A DNA stretch of 64,000 nucleotides. Origin: Utricularia gibba (lineage: Eukaryota > Plantae > Magnoliophyta). Below, in pieces: positions 51,895 through 63,641 of the stretch (positions are counted from its first letter, which is position 1; each line of letters starts with the position of its first letter). The stretch covers positions 62,001-126,000 of the forward strand of contig NEEC01000012.1 in assembly GCA_002189035.1 (NCBI GenBank), read 5' to 3'. Below the pieces are notes generated by a model. It ran no database searches. It was not told where the DNA came from and saw nothing but the letters and a program-made list of their open reading frames with translations. The position numbers were made by a program, and so were the translations under genes.

Positions 51895-53896
51895 AATGAC
51901 TTTAATGGAAAAGGAATATTTTTTAGTATAGCCATCATGGATCACCTTCCTATCATATTGCCACGACCTTCCCAAGAGTATGTGTTCTGCATGCATGGGT
52001 ACTACATCACAAAGAATCTCATCCTGATACTTTCCAATTTGGAAAACAACAAGAACTTGCTTATCGATCTTTACTTCACCCCCTTCATTCAACCATTGAG
52101 GCTTATAGGGATTCTAGATATGTTGAATCTGAAGTTGAGAGTGAAAGTGGAAGTGAACTATAGCAGATAGATGATAGGGAACAACAACGTGTCATTGGTG
52201 AAAGTTTGGTAATAAGGACTTTAGCCATGGATGCTAAGCCAATGGAGGAGCAACGTGAAAACTTATTCCATACACGTTGCTTTGTGCATGGAAAGGTTTG
52301 CAGCCTAATAATCGATGGAGGCAGTTGCACAAACGTTGCTAGTACTCTTTCGCACAACTCCTTCATTCATGACTTTCTTTTCACTCTCTTTTTTACATGT
52401 TCTTTTCCTTTCTTGTGATATCTCTTTTTTCTCTCCCAAGCTCTCATCTCTCAACTCACCAAAAGATTTGATAGCAGCAGTAATCTTAACTTGATTTTCA
52501 TGTGCCTCTTTTGGAGATAAAGGCACCAACGTGATTGATTTTCTAAAATGGCACATTTCATCCCTTGTCACAAGACTGATGATGCTTTTTATGTTGCAGA
52601 TTTATTCTTTAGGGAGATTGTTAGGCTTTATGGTATGCCACTTACCATTGTAAGTGATCGTGACACAAAGTTTCTCAACCACTTTTGGCGCACACTTTGG
52701 AGTAAGTTGGGAACAAAGCTTCTTTTTTGTATCACTTGTCATCCCCAAACTGATGGACAAATCGAGGTAACAAGCCGAACCCTAGCTACCCTACTTCGTG
52801 CCATTATAAAAAAAGAACATTAGAACATAGGAAGATTGCTTACGTCATGTTGAGTTTGCATACAATAGAACAGTACATTATTCTACTCATTGTTCTTCTT
52901 TTGAAATTGTGTGTGATTTTAATTCTTGTGCTCCTATAGACTTGTTGCCCCTGCCATCTGATGAATTTCGTAGTTTTGATGGTACTAAGAGAGCAGATGC
53001 CATCTGAAGACTATATGAGAAGGTTCGAAATCAAATGGAAGCTAAAAACAAGGAGTATGTAGCTAAAGCAAATAAACATAGGAAGACAGTTACTCTACAA
53101 CCAGGAGATTGGGTTTGGGTACATTTTCGTAAGGAAAGATTTCCAAGCAAGAGACATTCAAAGCTTTTACCAAGAGGAGATGGACCCTTTCAAGTCATTG
53201 AGAAAATCAATGACAATGCTTATAAGATTGATCTTTTATGTGAGTTTTTGGTCCACTCCACATTCAATATTGTTGACTTAGTTCCTTGTGATGTAGATGA
53301 TGACGATTCAAGGATGAATCTGCTAAAAGAAATGGGGGATGATGAGATCATGGATGCTACATATTATCCCAATAAAGATAAAGGACACAAGATCAATAAT
53401 CCTCCATTGATTTCAGTTGAGCTAATCACTAGATCAAGAGCAAGAAAGAATCAAGAAGTGCTTAAGAGTTTATGGGTCAATCAACCAAGCTATGAGGTGT
53501 TTGGCTTGAAATTTAACCTTCTTAAAGTGGACCAACTTGTTTAGAGGAGGCCCATTAGTTTCAAATACATTATTACTACTTTTCTTTTGAGGAGGTCCAA
53601 TCCTTCATCTATATAAGAAGGGCCTTATTCTTGTTTTGGACAACTTTGATTATAATTATTTTTTAGAGCAATTCTATTTCCTTGAGTTCTTGTAGAACTT
53701 AGACTTATCAAGCCTTGCTTGTGGTGTCTAGTGTGTGGTTTATCACTCTCAATTGCTTCCTTGATTATGTGAGTGTGGTACCATTTCATAGTTTGGGTTG
53801 CAAGGATCTTTAAATCCTTGAGGGCCAACTTCTTTTCCTTGAGGGATTGCTTCTTTTCAACCAAGATCTGGTTTATCAATCACTTGTTGATTGTCA
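51895..53896 (+). mobile_element. CRM-type (centromeric-clade) gypsy pol fragments in mixed orientation plus truncated 3' LTR
   Basis: Protease IIDGGSCTNVAST (+), QWLNEGGEVK...ILLGRSWQYDRKVIHDG (-), [11 protein letters not shown] (-), integrase [13 protein letters not shown]...HPQTDGQ (+); integrase ORF 53035-53544 reads through the PPT into the LTR (ITRSRARK), as CRM elements do; LTR 53340-53896. Confidence 0.85.
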
Positions 53897-55349
53897 GTGT
53901 GGACATAGATAATGCTTTCTTGAACGGAGATCTTGAGGAATGTACCTCCAGGATATAAACCTGACTTGAAAGCTAGCGAGACTGGAAAACTAGTATGCAC
54001 ACTAAGGAAATCAATCTATGGTCTAAAACAATCTCCTGACTGTGGAACTGTATACTCTCAACAACTCTATTGGCGTTCGGGTGCAAGCAAAGCCCTACTG
54101 ACCCCTCATTGTACACCAAACATACAAACTCTGGAGACTTCATCAGGCTTGTAGTATACGTCAACGATATCGTCATCGGAAGCTCATTTGCCAAAATCAT
54201 GGAAGAATTAGTCGTGTTCCTCAAGAATCGATTCAAAATAAAGGATCTCGGTCGACCTCGATACTTTCTTCGAATCAAAGTGGCACACTCAAAAACAAGG
54301 ATATCACTATGCCAAAGAAAATATGCACTGGATCTATTATCTGAATTTGGAATTCTGGGAGCAAAGCGTATCTCAAAACCACTGGATAGAACTCATCAAC
54401 TATGTCAACAAGACTCTCCAGCCCTCAAAGATCCTACTATGTACCGGCAACTAGTAGGAAAACTCACAATACATAAACTTGCTCACCAAGCAGCATGTTG
54501 CTGCTGCCCTTCGAGTTCTCCGATATATCAAGGGAGCCCTGGAATGGGACTTCTGTACCAAAGGTCGTAGCCACTCCAATTGCAAGCATTTAGTGACAGT
54601 GATTGGGCGAAATCCCCTGATACTTGAAGGTCAATCACCGGCATGTGTATATTCTTAGGGGAATCCCCCTAAAGTTGGAAATCGAAGAAGCAAAAATTAG
54701 TAGCCCGAAGCTCGACAGAAGCCGAGTATCGAGCCATGACGTCTACGGCATGTGAAGTTATATGGATCATACAACTCCTCAAATCATTCGGAATTCAACA
54801 TCCCAATTCAGTTCCACTCTACTACGACAACAATTCAGCAATACATATTGCGAAAAACCCGATTCTACATGAAAGGACCAAACATTTTCAACTAGATTGG
54901 CATTACATTAGAGAGATTGTGTACTCAAGCCTCATCCAGTTGATATATGTAGGAACCAACGATCAAATCGCAGACATCCTCACCAAAGGCCTTGGCAGGG
55001 AACAACATAACTATTTGATCAGCAAGATGAGCATGACTAACATCCATGCTCCTCTTGAGGGGGGTGCCAGCCAAATCAGCAACAAGACATAAAGATTGCA
55101 AACCGATGCATTAAAGGAATAGGTACGTTACACAAAGATACGGAAGATCAAACAACATAGACGTTACCCCAATTTGTATAAATACATAGATACACAACTT
55201 ACATAGATTTGTGAAGTATTCCAGGAGCTCCAATAATCAAGCTTCAAGCTCTCGGTCTCTCTTCACAGCATCCCATTCTCCCATTAAGCTTTACAATCTC
55301 ATCCTTGTAATTGTCATTTCTTCTTTAAGTGCATTAAAACAATATGCAA

Positions 55350-56040
55350 AAGAGAGAAGTCAATAGTTTCAAAAGGTACCATGTAATAAGGACGTGAGTG
55401 AATCGCATTTCATGATCAGAGCAAGATGATTCCATCCGGGGTGTTGAGACGGTAAGCATCAAGGTGAAGAATCTGGTTTATTCAATAGGATCCATCCATC
55501 CCACTGTTGCTTGGACACAACAAGACTCTTTAAGATGAAGTTCTCAATCTTATATACATGTGGGTATATAGCCTTCCCCTTGTTATGTGATGCTTCCATT
55601 CTACATTGATAATCCAAAAATCATCCATATACATCATCACATTTCTCCTTCAGCAGCAGAAGATCCAATTGGTGCTGCTCATTAAGCTCCTCATCTGATA
55701 ATGGCACCCAATGACTATGAAGAACACTCTCAATGGAAGCTGAGGCTTCAGAACCATACAGCAATGAGAATAGCATCTCGCCAGTCGTGGCTCCAAAAAT
55801 TTGAGCCCATTGATCACCTTATATCTCGAGTTTCTTCTTCAAGGTTGAACTTATGTCACGAGTTGAGACTTCAACTTACCGCTGGCCTCTAGATTCATTA
55901 CACATGTGAACCGTTGGTGCATCCCATATTCATTGCAAAAGCTCTCTACTCTATAGCTGGTGGATTGAGTAAAATTTTTGGATACTAGTAGGCGTGGAAT
56001 CTCGAGTTTCCAGTTACCACCGAGAGCCGTCACGCGTAAA
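55350..56040 (-). mobile_element. Decayed Tat-type gypsy integrase fragment
   Basis: FTSYRVESFCNEYGMHQRFT, TGEMLFSLLYGSEA and an H-L..YY-like end, with many stops and frameshifts. Confidence 0.65.
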
Positions 56041-56073
56041 AAAAATGTAAAAATTACAAAGCCAAAAAAATGT

Positions 56074-56626
56074 TGTTAAGGGTCAAATCGGTATCCGGCG
56101 TAAGACCGATTTAAGGTGATAAGTGCGGTCGGAATTGCCACACTTAGTCGCATTTTTTGCGGTTGGTTCAATCGAGATAAGAATGAGCAGGGGTTTTTTA
56201 CGTGGAAACCACCGAAAAGTGGAAAAACCACGGAGCTGCCGGAGCTCGCCGGAAAAGATTTCCACTAGATATAGGGGGGAGAAGACGAGGTTACAAGTCT
56301 AAGAATTCTCCCTTTAATTTTCTTGCGTCCCCAAAAAAAAAAACCACCACCTTCGTCATGATTCTTCCTATTTATAGGAGAGCTCACTCTGACCGAATTC
56401 TGACGTCTGCAAATATCGGTTGCTTTCTGCTCCTGCTATACAATCTCTCTTTTCAGATATCGGCCGCCTGTTATGCCGTAATTCGGCCGCTTTTCAGACT
56501 GTGTCATATGGCCATACCTGTCAGGTTTCCGACAGATATTGATCTGTCGTTAGGCGTTATCCCCTCAGGATCACTTTTGATAGCCTTTTAGGAGCCGATT
56601 GTGTCATACCGGTTTATCCCCTATCA
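56074..56626 (-). mobile_element. Solo LTR (553 bp) of a Tat-family element with perfect 5-bp TSD
   Basis: TGTTAAGGG...CCCCTATCA flanked by AATGT at 56069-56073 and 56627-56631; similar to the LTR at 1-475. Confidence 0.9.
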
Positions 56627-58580
56627 AATGTGAAGAACGTAAGATGAGATAATATTTATAGACAAATTGACTTATGAAATGATTAAAATAACATTGATTA
56701 TCTGAAATTCATACTAACAGTGCTAATCCAACGTTTAGCAATTTTGAGTAGATCATTTTTGTCGAACCAGTTAAATCTTTTGATCAAAGCTACCATTTTG
56801 ATGAAACTGTAGAAGCAAATATGTCAATAAAATGAAATTACAATATAATAGTTGTACCACTTTTGCCAATTAAGAGATCAAAATTGACAAATTGATTAAA
56901 ATGTTAACAAATATGATGGTTATTGTTGTCAATATCCATAAACATTTCGATCAAAACCTCTTTTTTCTTCTTCATTGCATAGAAAAATATGTATAATATG
57001 ATTAAAATTGAAAGCCTTTTTTTTTAAAGAAAAACGAAACATATTATGCTGAAATCCATTTATTTATTCATTGAACTGATTTCTATAGTCACTCTATTAA
57101 AAGATAAATAGGCACGTGTGCCGGTTGGAGGAAGCCGAGTGCGCCACAGCTAGCAAGCAAGCAAAGCAAAACCGACCCACGTTTTTTTTTTCCGAAACTG
57201 TCCGTGTGGGACCTACTCAAGTAACCGACGATGATGATGCATGCTTTGTGGCCCCCGGTCTCCCCAGCACGTGTTTGTTTTATATGACAAGTATGTTTGC
57301 TGATTATTCATTCCGTTGAAGGGGCCGGGCAGGAAGTTGTTGCCGGGAGCGAGCCAGCAATTCCGTTGCCAAATTGATTTTATCAACTGCGAGGAGGGCG
57401 GACTGACGGGTTCTGTTTCTCACTTTTAAACTAGAATGAGACAAGTTGTTTTACTGCATTTTATGTTTGTCATAATAGTTGTTGCAAAAGTGATTTAAAG
57501 GTAAACAAAAATAAACTATTATTCAAAAATGTACAAGTGTTTTTGTTGGGTATTTTCAGAATAACCCTGTAGTGAAGTGGGTGGCCGGGCCGACAAGAGG
57601 AGAGAAGAAAGGCAACTGTGTGTCCCTTCCCAATCCCAACGTCGGTCCAGAGAATAGAATAGAAATAGGGGGGAAGGCGGGTACTGGTTCAATGATGAAT
57701 AAAATAATTCACCGCTGCTGCTGCTGGCTTTCATTTCATTCTCATGGCTTCTTTCAGAAAGGTCTTTCTGGCCTGGCCACAGCTGGAAGCAGTCGTAGTC
57801 AAAAAGAGAAGAGAATTGACATGGTCTACGGGCGCGGCGAGGATCGGACAGCCCTGCCCTCTAAATTTGTGTTAGAGCACTGACATCATTTTTTATTTGT
57901 CAGACAACACTGTTTTAGAAAGTGTTGGTGCAGGGCACCTGTTTCATTTCTCAAAATTATATTAATACTGAAATTTAGTTTTAATAATTTATTATAAGTA
58001 TTATAAATAATTCAAATTTTATAAAACTAAAAATACAAAAAATAGGTATTATTTGTGAGCATTTTTAATTAATTTTATTATAAATTTGTTGTCTAAGTTT
58101 TCAAAAATTGGAAAAATTATTAATAGAGAAATTGTTTTGAAGATCTAATTTCAAAAGAAATTACAATATATCTAATTTGTACATTTTAATAAACTAATAT
58201 TACAATAAAAAATAAAATAAGAATTTCATATTCAAATAACCAAATACCTATCTAAAAGTATTCATATCTATCTATAAGTTTAATTCAAATTGCATTATAG
58301 GAATTAGAAAAAAAAAAGATTCTTTTGAATCATTATTATTATTCAATATTAATTCAATTAATAAAAAATTGATGAAAAATATTGTTTAACAAAAGTTTGA
58401 TTTGTTTTAATTTAACATGAGTACATAGGAATTTTAAAATTAAATTAAATTAATTTTTTAATTTAAAATTTTTATTTAATCATTTTAAATTAGAAAAAAT
58501 AAAATAAATCTAAAGGTGTCAATAAGCAGTAAAGAATAATGCTCATTCAATTAAATATAATGGTTTACTTAAATAAACAG

Positions 58581-58720
58581 TAAAGAATAATACTTATTTA
58601 ATAATAAAGGGTAAAGAATAACATCTATTAAATAATAAACATTAAAGAATAATACTTACTCAATAATAAAGGATAAAGAATAACCCTTATTCAAAAATAA
58701 AGGGTAAATAATAATACTCA
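58581..58720 (+). repeat. 31-bp period minisatellite, 5 copies
   Basis: Core TAAAGAATAA at 58581, 58612, 58643, 58674 and a variant at 58705. Confidence 0.85.
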
Positions 58721-59081
58721 TTTTAATCTAACAGTTATTCAAACAATCAAATTAAATATTCATGTGACTTATATATATAAACCATGATTAATGTTATACA
58801 AAATTTATTTACATTCAACACTTGATAGATAAAAAAAAATACATATCTTTTTTTCAAGTTGTTTTATATTTTTTTATAAAAGTTTTTAAGAAAAAAACAA
58901 ACTATTCATAGTTTTTTTTGTGACTTTTATGTTGTCATATCCCAAGGTCCCTTTAAGGGCTTACCTACGGTTTTTATGTGCAAATTCTTGTTGAACACAT
59001 GAAAATAAAAGGCCATGCAACGAAATGGTTCCGTAGCCTACCCATTGAATCCTTTTTTTTTTTCTTTGGAACAGCCTGGTT

Positions 59082-59248
59082 ATGCATGGACCTGGAATGA
59101 CTATGCATAGATCAACCCTATTTGTTTGATTCGTTCTAGTGATAGCATTCCCACTTTTATTATCACTTCCGGTACTAGCAGGGGCAATTACCATGTTATT
59201 AACTGATCGAAACTTTAATACAACCTTTTTTGATCCTACTAAAGGGGT
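59082..59248 (+). pseudogene. cox1: Nuclear copy (NUMT) of a plant mitochondrial cox1 fragment
   Basis: Translates [51 protein letters not shown], matching COX1 (..[50 protein letters not shown]). Confidence 0.93.
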
Positions 59249-59399
59249 TAATGGCTCAATTTATTATGAAATATTTGGTATTTATTCCAAATAATACATT
59301 GATATTGCTTCAATGTTTCATTTATTTAAAAAAGTACAATTTATACAACAATATGAAAATAAATATGATAAATGTTTCATTTTCTGAAGTTACGAAATC

Positions 59400-62300
59400 C
59401 ACCGAAAAGTCTATCCAATATGGAAACAGCTTCTTTTGAAGTAGGTTTATTGCTGGACCTTGTTCTAGTTGAAGGTTGAGAGAACTCTTGTGGATACGAA
59501 ATAGAATGTCTTGCAGGAATTCGTCCTCCATAGTTATTAGGCTCTCCTCCAAAGTAATTTGAATTTTTTCCATAAAAACTTAATTGTCTATAAGTACTTG
59601 GATTTCCTTCTTCAAGATTTGATGGCATCAATATCATATCACGACTTTGAGGTGATGAACGCTCTTCTAAACCATGATGAACATACTCTTGTTCAGCAGG
59701 AGTCTCTGTAGTTGTTTTACGTGGTTTTTGTACTCCAACAGAATGACGTACTTTACGATTTTGAAAATCAACAGCACCCTGATAACGTGATGTCTTCTTA
59801 TGGCCAACCCTTGTACTTTCATATTCAGGATCAACATGAAGTGTAAAACCAGCAGATGGCCAATATGACTTATCTCGACAAAGGTGAACCTCAGATGCAT
59901 AAGTTTTCTCCATAAAACGAGTATGATAAAACTGACTTGACCTTGTTCTTGGATTTATATTAAATTCATGACAAGCCTACAATAAGATATTGTGTTAAAT
60001 ATAAAAAATAAAATATAGATTAATATAAAACATACCCTTTGTGCATAAAGGCGTGGAAGAGATTCTGTTTGCCAAAATCCACAGTCACATGTTACATTTC
60101 GTATGTTTACTCTAAAAGTAGTAGAATTATGAATTCCCATCTCAGTAACATTGCACTCCATGTTTCGATCATTATATCTTTTGCAAAGAAGGTTTTGAAC
60201 TTGTTCCTTGTGATGCTTGTAAACTTGTTGAATTTTTTCTGCAAAATATTTTCTTTGTGCACGATACTTAGTAGCTCTCTCTTTGCCTTTCTCAAAATAA
60301 TAAAGCTCTTTCTCAAATGTGACCTGCATAATCATTTAGTTATTTATATTTAATCTCATAATGATGGTTGAAATAAGAAAATAAACCTTTGCAATAGCAG
60401 TAGGAGGAAGGCGTCGAGTTCCTTTGAGTACACCATTTAATGCCTTCACATGATTTGTCGTCATGGTGGTTTTTCTTCACAAACATAAATATGTTAGGAA
60501 ATTAATTTAGAATTTTAAAATATATTAAAAATTACATACCTGTCTCCATTATCGTAAACTAATGTTCACAATTCAACGGGTATATCCATCATATATTTAT
60601 ATGCTCCGGGACATGAATCATAAACCGCTTGCATTCTTTCTAAGAATTCTTTTTCTATTCGTGCGACAGCAGCAGACCATATGAGATCCTTAATCCGCGA
60701 TGTATACTTCTTTTTGTTGTATTTCAAGCAATTACTCCTTAAATGATATAGGCACCATTTATGATTCCCAAGAGGAGTACTAAACTTTGCAATTTTCCCA
60801 TAAGCAACTACTAAACCTGAGCCTCGGTCACTTATGATACATACTTGACGTTCACGAACAACATGAATATCAAGATTCTTTAAAAACCATTTCCAAGATG
60901 AACCTGATTCTGAAGGCACACACCCATATACCACAGGTAATATATGCTTATTTGCATCAATAGCTACTGCAGCCAATAATACATACTTATAACCACCGTA
61001 GAGATGCGTTGCGTCAACACAAAGCACTGGTCTGCAATATTTAAAAGCTTCTATAGCAAATCCAAAAGCCCAGAAAACATATTTTAGGAGTTGTCTCCCT
61101 TTAGCATCTATATTATTCTCAAAATTCACAATAGTACCCGGATTTTGCCATTTCACCTCTTCAAGATAATTTGGTAACTCTACACATGAATCATCCCATG
61201 AACCATATTGCAACTCATATGACTTAGTCAAAGCCATCCATGCTTGCCAATAAGAAATTGTAAACTTATACTCTCTTTTGATATAAGCTTGAATTGCTCT
61301 AGCTGTTATCTTCGCATTTGTATCCAATATAAGATGGATGATGATTCGAGGAGCAATGAAATCAGATGTCAAGTTAACATGCTTTTTAGCCAAAGAGTTT
61401 CTTAGCTCACATGTATGTGGCCCATTGTATGAAGAAATCTTCCATGTGCCTGTTCATTTTTGTGGCCCTGCATTCAAAGACCAAGAACAATTTGGTTGCA
61501 GACATTTAACAGCATAAAGTGAATTATTTCCTCTTCGTAATATATACTCCCTTTTGACGTTGATATTGTATAATTTCAAAGCATCCTTCAAAACTTGCTT
61601 GTCTTTAAAATGCATGCCAATTGATAGCTCTTTTGAATCTTTATTATAGTAATTCATTGAATAGTCACTTTGCATAGCTGCATCCTGCCACATTTCTGGT
61701 GGTGAGGATGGTTCATCTTCTTGTGATTCATATACAGGAATCTCTTCTTCAACATCTGCCAACATATTAGAAGCACTATCTGCATGCATTTCATCTGAGT
61801 AATCATGATCAGTTGATGTATATGTTGAGTCATCTTCATCAGTGTTAACCTCATCATAATGTTTGAAAGCTGATAAAAAAAAACATGGAATATTTATTAA
61901 ATACTGAAAAAAATATTTTAACCTTATAAAAATGCAAATCTAATCATTTTCTAGTGTTGGTTGTTTATAAGCCGTTGAAAAACCAAAATTAGGATCAAAT
62001 GGATCAAAGTTGTCATTATAGTTGATATCTCTATTTGTGTTTTGATTCTCGAAATATGGAGTATTCAAATTATATTCATCACCTGAAATTTTGAAATTGT
62101 AAATGTTGACAAATTATATGTAAAAAAAAAAAATTGAAATAATTAAATAATTACCATGCTAATTAGAAGAAGAAGGAAAACCCGAACTTTCCGTATCAAT
62201 ATAAAGTTCAATACTCGAATCCTTGTTATGTGACATTAATATCTAGCACAACAAATCCGTATTTGTAAGCGAAACATAGCTAATATTACTTGTATTTGCG

Positions 62301-62470
62301 TCGAAGAATTTGGCGGTGATTCGAATTGAATATAAATTAGGATTTATATTCAATTCTCTATAAATATTCCTGAGAAATTCTCTACAATAATAATGCTTAT
62401 CGGATTTCAATCATATTGCATGTACACGGTATGAAGATCATTGATAAAAGAACCTCCAAAGAACAACTTC
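59400..62470 (-). pseudogene. MuDR/MURA-type transposase pseudogene
   Basis: Mutator DNA-binding domain (ELSIGMHFKDKQVLKDAL...C...CSW..., HTC), catalytic PVLCVDATHLYG and IISDRGSGL, H.WCLYHL, degenerate SWIM (TCDCGFWQ..LP); in-frame TGA at 61454-61456 and 60566-60568. Confidence 0.9.
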
Positions 62471-63388
62471 AGAGTAACTTAGCCATTAATTGAGCAACTA
62501 AAATAATGAATGATTTATCAATGAACGCCTTCAAGACTTTTGTAGACAAAATATAGAATAACTTTGAAAATAGGAAATGTATTTTCATGATACCAAACAA
62601 AGTAAAGAATATTTGTATTGAAAGGTTATGTTTATTTTTTGGAAAAATGTCATACAAGCCGTTAAACATGAGAATTGTTTTCATTTTTGCCATCAAATTT
62701 GTTTTGTTTCACTAATATCATTAAATATATAAAAACTTCATTATTAATTGTAATAAAAAATGGTTTATTTGATTTGTCCAAACGGTTTGTAACTAAGTCT
62801 TATTTTTTACCATTTATTATTTAATAACTAAGTTGCTATTCAAATATTAAATTTTTTTATTGTTATTTAAAAACTTTGACATTAAATTTATATACAAATT
62901 ACTTGAAAAACGTTATAGTAATAAATCTTTATAAATAAGACTTTTATTGATTATGTAAAATGTTAATAATTATTTTTTTTAAAACACATTAAAAAAATAT
63001 AAATGAAAACAGGTGGCCTGCACCAAATACTTTTCCAAGTATTGCTATGTGATAAAGAGAAAGAGGTGTGAGGTGCCTAATCCCAAATTCAGCCAGCCCT
63101 GCCCTGCCCTGCCCTGCCGTCGCCTAGCCTTCCTTCACAAATCTCTTCTTCCGCTACAGACTACAGCCTGGCTGGCTGGCTGGCTGGATGAGTCCGCCCG
63201 GCCCAACCGCTTTGCCCTGCGCTGCGCTTCAGTGACTTCATTGACCCGCCAAGGATGATCTGGGGATAACAACAAAGAAATTCATGGAATTAACCTTCCC
63301 GAGTTGCCTTAAAACGACCCAACCCAACTCAGTCACTCACCCACTTCCGATTACAAATACATAAAAAAATATCATGGAAAAGGAGGCG

Positions 63389-63409
63389 CCCCCCCCCCCC
63401 CCCCCCCCC
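63389..63409 (+). repeat. C21 homopolymer upstream of the MYB gene
   Basis: Direct sequence. Confidence 0.9.
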
Positions 63410-63641
63410 GCATTTCCTTTCCTTTCGTTTTATGTCACTCCTTTGCCAGCTTGCCGTCCACTCCACCAGGTTACTGCTTCTTTTTCACTGGTTTGAACCG
63501 GTCATCCCCGTCTTCCCCTCCCCTCCCCTCCCTCCCTCCTCTTATAAAATGTCCTCCAAAAGAGAAACCAGTCTCCCCAAATTCTTGCCACACCCTGCTT
63601 CCATTTCAATGTCTTAGGCTTCCTTGTTTCTTCTTCTCCTT

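Larger units (their letters stand above)
48280..55295 (+). mobile_element. Ty1/copia LTR retrotransposon shell with deleted and rearranged interior
   Basis: 5' LTR 48280-48495 and 3' LTR 55065-55295 (TG...CA); PBS TGGTATTAGAGCC 48496-48508; PPT GAGGGGGG 55057-55064; gag with CCHC knuckle 48520-49425; post-integrase segment 49500-50022; RT/RNase H 53897-55056. No matching TSD (TTATC vs ATCTC). Confidence 0.92.
57903..63045 (-). mobile_element. Mutator-like (MULE) element with short imperfect terminal inverted repeats
   Basis: GGTGCAGGGCACCTGTTTCATTT (57928-57950) is the inverted copy of AAATGAAAACAGGTGGCCTGCACC (63001-63024), 1 mismatch and 1 indel, extending loosely outwards; candidate 9-bp TSD TATTTGTCA/TATGTGATA (6/9); internal transposase. 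Termini are inferred. Confidence 0.65.

Noticed and set aside
63245-63262. GCCAAGGATGA, similar to the miR169 core
   Set aside because: Partial match only and no complementary arm for a precursor.
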